From contig JAIPGO010000009.1 of the NCBI GenBank assembly GCA_021736135.1, forward strand, positions 704 to 64,703: a DNA stretch of 64,000 nt, written 5' to 3'. This DNA is from Candidatus Cloacimonadota bacterium. GTDB lineage: Bacteria; Cloacimonadota; Cloacimonadia; Cloacimonadales; TCS61. The notes under the pieces are model-generated. The model was not told the DNA's origin and searched no databases. It saw nothing but the letters and a program-made list of their open reading frames with translations. A program made the position numbers and the translations under genes. Positions 59,784 to 64,000 of this stretch are shown here, one piece after another; positions within the stretch are counted from its first letter, which is position 1, and every line of letters begins with the position of its first letter.

Positions 59784-59920
59784 ATCGTGAATCGTGAGTC
59801 GTAATAAAAAACCAGACCAGGATGGTCTGGATACAAAACCTCCATCTCATCCTGGTCTAGTTAAATTTCAAATCACGAGTCACGAGTCACGGATTACGAT
59901 TCACGACTCACGACTCACGT
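59772..59920. repeat. Inverted 7-bp repeat tracts enclosing a 15-bp inverted repeat
   Basis: (CGTGART)n 59772-59802; AACCAGACCAGGATG 59810-59824 / CATCCTGGTCTAGTT 59848-59862; (TCACGAN)n 59873-59920. Confidence 0.8.
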
Positions 59921-59922
59921 TC

Positions 59923-62900
59923 CTACTTAAACATCAGACATTTCCTGATCGCCATCGCTCTTCCATCAACCCGTAATTCATAGAAATATATCCCGGAACT
60001 AACCGTCTTTCCCGCAGCATTATTACCATTCCAGATTACACTATGATTTCCTTCCGGTTGATTTCCATGTTCCAGAGTTTTGATTTTCTGACCTTTTACG
60101 TTATAGATCGTGAGCTCAACCAAAGCATCTTCCGGCAGATAATATGAAATCGTCGTAGTCGGATTGAATGGATTCGGATAATTTTCAATTTTCCATTTTC
60201 CATTTTCAATTACCCAATCGTCGTTGATTACCGGAGCAAAGGGCGTTCCAATAGTCCAGAGGGCATTATGGATTGTGCAATCATTACCATTAACGGTCTC
60301 ATCACTTGCTGTTGCTCCCATTGCGTCATTTAATTTCCAGTAGCCTTTTAGTCCGGTCTCGTTTCCTGCCAGATATTCTGTCATATTAGCTGCAATATTT
60401 TCTCCGGATACCACGGTGTCCCACAATCGAAGTTCATCCAGCACTCCCTGGAAAGTATAACCTCCGGAAACACTGTTGCCAATGTATAGATCATCAAACA
60501 GATTGCTTTCTATATTTCCGGACGGAGCATTAAGATATGTTAATTCCTGATCAACGCCGTTAATATACATTTTCACTTCGTCAATACCATCGTAACTTAC
60601 GGCAACATGCTGCCAGGTATTTAAAGTAATCGAATTTTCCGGGGTTCCTGCAAAACTGTTGCCATCCTCGGTTATCAGATATAGAACCAGACTGTGATCG
60701 GCAAATGTTCCCTGAGAATTGATCAGATAAATTCTGAATTTATTTTTATCAAAGATCCTTCCGTAACCGGCATTTGCGTCTTCGCCCCAACCCGTGGGAT
60801 TGATCCAGGCTTCCAGCGTAATTGCTTCGGTTATATCCAGCCCTGCATGAGAAGAACATTCCAGATAACTGTCAATTCCATTGAATTCCAGGGCACTTTC
60901 ATCTACAAATACACGGATATAATCCTCCATGACCACAGTTTGTGTCTGATACCCGTTATCAATTGTCAAACTTACATCGTAATACCCCGGCTCATAATAT
61001 ACCCAGATCGGCGTTTCCTCATTTGAATCGATCACCCCGTCATTTTCAAAATCCCAAGCCCAGGCAATTACTTCCGGCAGTGCCAGGGAATTATCGAAAA
61101 ATATCACCGGCAACGGGGAGAATCCTGAGTAAGGCTGACCCTCAAACATCGCTGTCATGGAAGGTATGCCAAAGAAATCGATAAGCCTGATCAGAAATTC
61201 CTCTCTTGTAGAAGGATACCCGTTATCAACCAGTTCCGCCAGAGAATAAGCAAAGGCAAATGTCTTCTGTCCATAAATCCCGCTTCCCTGAAGTCCCACA
61301 TTACCGAAACCCGATTCCGAAAAAGCTATCGAACCATAACCATTGGCAAAATATTTATCTATATACCAGTTATTAACCTGAGTTGACGAAGTATAGGTCA
61401 TTCCGTCTGCTACTGTTCCATTTAACCCGCTGAGTTCATTGATCGGATTACTCCCCTGGAAAAAATTCTGAGCACTCTGCATCCCGAATAGCTGCCTGAG
61501 TAACTGATAGTTCGGGTAACCAATATATTCCATCCCGCCAAAAAGTGAACCGCTTTCCAGATATACTTTCCCGCCGGATTGCAGATAATCTGCTATTGCA
61601 AAACCATCTTCAAAACTGGGAAAGGTTCCTGAATCAAAATTCGCTCCCAGATTACCATAAGAAAGAAATACCGCCGAAAAACCCTCCAGTGAAGAAGGCA
61701 ATGAATTGGAGTAACTGGATACAATGCCCAACTCGGTTAAAGTTTCATAAATATATGTCCCGCTGAAATCAATACCACCGGGAATCCCCTCGTAAACCAG
61801 CACTCCTGTATTTACGGAAATATAGTTTTCTCTCAAAAGCGTATTAGAGTTTTCTCCATCGGAAATGGTAAATGAAACTGAATAAAGCCCTGCTTCCGAA
61901 AATGTCCAGGTTGGATTTTGTTCATAAGAATCAATTTCTCCGTCATCGTCAAAATCCCATTCCCAGCTTGTCAGCGGACCAGGATAAGCAAAAGACACAT
62001 CGGTAAAATTTACTACTACCGGACTGGGACCACCTGTCACGTCACATTCAAAAAGTGCTGTCAAGGGACCCGCAATATAACCTCTGTCTGTAAAAACGGG
62101 AATGATCTGTTCCATATTTTCACCGTCATTCAGTTCTATATCCGCCTGCATAAAGGCATAAGCAGCATCTCTCTGATTGGTGTTCGCGTCAGTCATGGAA
62201 ATACTTTCCCACAAATCACGGTCGCAGTATTCCCTGCCGATGAGATCATAGATCGACATCAGCGATGATGACCATAACTGACCATCATAGTGCACTTCTC
62301 CTGCCAGCCCTTCCGGATAATGGTTCGGAATATTTGTCACTCTCATGTGACTGCCGTTCAATTCAGGTTGCAAACCCCAAAGCCCAAACCAGTCATATTC
62401 AGTATCGTCTGACTCATAAATGCCCAGGCTTCTCGTATATGATTGCGCCCAGTAATCAGCACAACCTTCGCTTAAACCTTCCACCTGCGATAATTGGCCA
62501 AAAGTTATCCAGTCATGAATGGCATGCCCCAATTCATGAAGTACGATCGCATGATCTTCGGCAGCATCAACCGCGTTGGGCGCACTCCCAAATGCCACAT
62601 GCCCGGTACTAGGAGAATAATGCGCATTAACGTCACTATTAAGTCCATGCGGATCAAAATGAACTCCCCCGTCATACTGATACGGCATAATTTCATAATC
62701 CATAAGTTCCTGCAGATAGCGCATCGTATGGTCAATGTGGTAATAAACATTTACCGCTTCAAAGTTCGGCACGCTCCTGGTATAATGAAATTCACCGCTG
62801 TCTTGAGTATAAAGCCCCGTAAATGGCGCTTCATTATCGATTATAGAAGCAAAAGGTCCTTCCAGAGAATATATTCCACCATCTTCAGTTATTTCCAGAA

Positions 62901-63717
62901 GTTCAACTTCCTTTAATTGTGCCGTCAACGAGTCTGAATCATCGTCACCGTTATCGATAAAACCAACGGCACCATAAACTGATTGGGCATTAGTTATCGG
63001 ATCAGGATCAAATACCCAGCCGGAACCGGTTTCCCGGAAATAACATGCCTTGTCTTCCACCCTTAATATTGTACCTGTGCCGGCATCCACCAGAATTTCC
63101 CAGTCTCCAAAACTGCTTTCTGCCGGGACCAGCACTACTTTCTGCACCAGCATGCCCTTAAATAAATTCGGGACATAAACCATGGTCTCGGTTTTCTGAT
63201 AATTTAGTTTACCGCTGATATTCAAATAATTCCGGGCGATCTGCAATGCTGCCGACTCCGAAATATTCAGGTCCATAGTCACATTCCCGGTTTTCTGATA
63301 ACCATTCATTACAAAAATAACTCTATTATTATTTATGTTGATCTTGATACTGGAATGATATAAAGGATAACCTTCAAAAGTCTGCCGAAATTGAACATGA
63401 TAACCAGTGGCAGTCTCAGATGAATTAACAAATTCTATATCAGCAAGCCCTTTATCAATATGCAGCTTATCAGCATTTTCCCGCAAATACTGCCGCGCCA
63501 TAGCTTCCGGTTCTGCTCTTTGCACAGGATAATTAACATTATACAATGCCGCAGGTATTCCTGTAACTTGATCTACTCTCATATTTCCCATAACTTCAGT
63601 ATTATCATCAATTACAGGAATAATTTCCAGGCTTTTATTCGCTTCCGGTTTACCAGCATAAGGAAATGCTGCCGCAATCAGCAACAACATTATCAATACT
63701 AAAATTGTCCTTCTCAT
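59923..63717 (-). CDS. Secreted M36/M4-like metalloprotease with propeptide, two PKD, LamG and C-terminal sorting domains
   Basis: Signal peptide; HELGH and EGCADY zinc ligands; W.WDF..DG PKD repeats; WQHVAVSY..DELRLW LamG; NYPNPFNP tail. Confidence 0.9.
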   Translation of the reverse strand: MRRTILVLIMLLLIAAAFPYAGKPEANKSLEIIPVIDDNTEVMGNMRVDQVTGIPAALYNVNYPVQRAEPEAMARQYLRENADKLHIDKGLADIEFVNSSETATGYHVQFRQTFEGYPLYHSSIKININNNRVIFVMNGYQKTGNVTMDLNISESAALQIARNYLNISGKLNYQKTETMVYVPNLFKGMLVQKVVLVPAESSFGDWEILVDAGTGTILRVEDKACYFRETGSGWVFDPDPITNAQSVYGAVGFIDNGDDDSDSLTAQLKEVELLEITEDGGIYSLEGPFASIIDNEAPFTGLYTQDSGEFHYTRSVPNFEAVNVYYHIDHTMRYLQELMDYEIMPYQYDGGVHFDPHGLNSDVNAHYSPSTGHVAFGSAPNAVDAAEDHAIVLHELGHAIHDWITFGQLSQVEGLSEGCADYWAQSYTRSLGIYESDDTEYDWFGLWGLQPELNGSHMRVTNIPNHYPEGLAGEVHYDGQLWSSSLMSIYDLIGREYCDRDLWESISMTDANTNQRDAAYAFMQADIELNDGENMEQIIPVFTDRGYIAGPLTALFECDVTGGPSPVVVNFTDVSFAYPGPLTSWEWDFDDDGEIDSYEQNPTWTFSEAGLYSVSFTISDGENSNTLLRENYISVNTGVLVYEGIPGGIDFSGTYIYETLTELGIVSSYSNSLPSSLEGFSAVFLSYGNLGANFDSGTFPSFEDGFAIADYLQSGGKVYLESGSLFGGMEYIGYPNYQLLRQLFGMQSAQNFFQGSNPINELSGLNGTVADGMTYTSSTQVNNWYIDKYFANGYGSIAFSESGFGNVGLQGSGIYGQKTFAFAYSLAELVDNGYPSTREEFLIRLIDFFGIPSMTAMFEGQPYSGFSPLPVIFFDNSLALPEVIAWAWDFENDGVIDSNEETPIWVYYEPGYYDVSLTIDNGYQTQTVVMEDYIRVFVDESALEFNGIDSYLECSSHAGLDITEAITLEAWINPTGWGEDANAGYGRIFDKNKFRIYLINSQGTFADHSLVLYLITEDGNSFAGTPENSITLNTWQHVAVSYDGIDEVKMYINGVDQELTYLNAPSGNIESNLFDDLYIGNSVSGGYTFQGVLDELRLWDTVVSGENIAANMTEYLAGNETGLKGYWKLNDAMGATASDETVNGNDCTIHNALWTIGTPFAPVINDDWVIENGKWKIENYPNPFNPTTTISYYLPEDALVELTIYNVKGQKIKTLEHGNQPEGNHSVIWNGNNAAGKTVSSGIYFYELRVDGRAMAIRKCLMFK

Positions 63718-64000
63718 TTCATTTCTCCGATTTTTTATTTAACACGATCCATCATTCATCGACATTTCTTATACTACCTCCCCCAAAAACAGTCAAGCAT
63801 TATCTGTAAACTTCGCATCACCCCGAAATTAAAACGAAAAATTGACCTTAAGTAGACTTGCACCGCTGGTGTACTCACAAGTGGGGCGAGAATACAACCA
63901 CCAGCAACCAGTTTATAAAATTTTTCCTTACTTTTACATTCTTGAGATAATGACTTAATAAGACCGGAAGTGATTAGCCGTTGTTCTCGCCCCACTTGCG

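Overview
Window from an AT-rich anaerobic diderm bacterium; the gene content and the NYPNPFNP C-terminal sorting domains suggest Candidatus Cloacimonadota (inference, not searched). Most of it is housekeeping and metabolism: a PerR/Fur-led oxidative-stress cluster continuing into an NqrBCDEF-like module without NqrA, an ABC/LolCDE-type operon, an aldehyde:ferredoxin oxidoreductase, a 2-oxoacid:ferredoxin oxidoreductase, mutL-miaA, murJ, uvrC and secreted proteins. Main accessory signals: (1) a GxxExxY PD-(D/E)XK nuclease gene flanked by two arrays of ~148-bp palindromic units whose arms recur across the window, resembling a REP/RAYT system with a different nuclease; (2) an uncalled 45-aa CxxxC-repeat peptide between a truncated radical SAM/SPASM gene and an ABC exporter; (3) a four-helix-bundle gene with 7-bp repeats inside an ABC operon, plus dispersed 7/8/9-bp periodic repeats; (4) an ACCC-ended MITE family; (5) an IS110 element; (6) a PdxJ homolog lacking most active-site residues; (7) a frameshifted CGGC gene. 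No rRNA, tRNA or CRISPR array was recognised. All calls come from reading motifs by eye; no searches were run.
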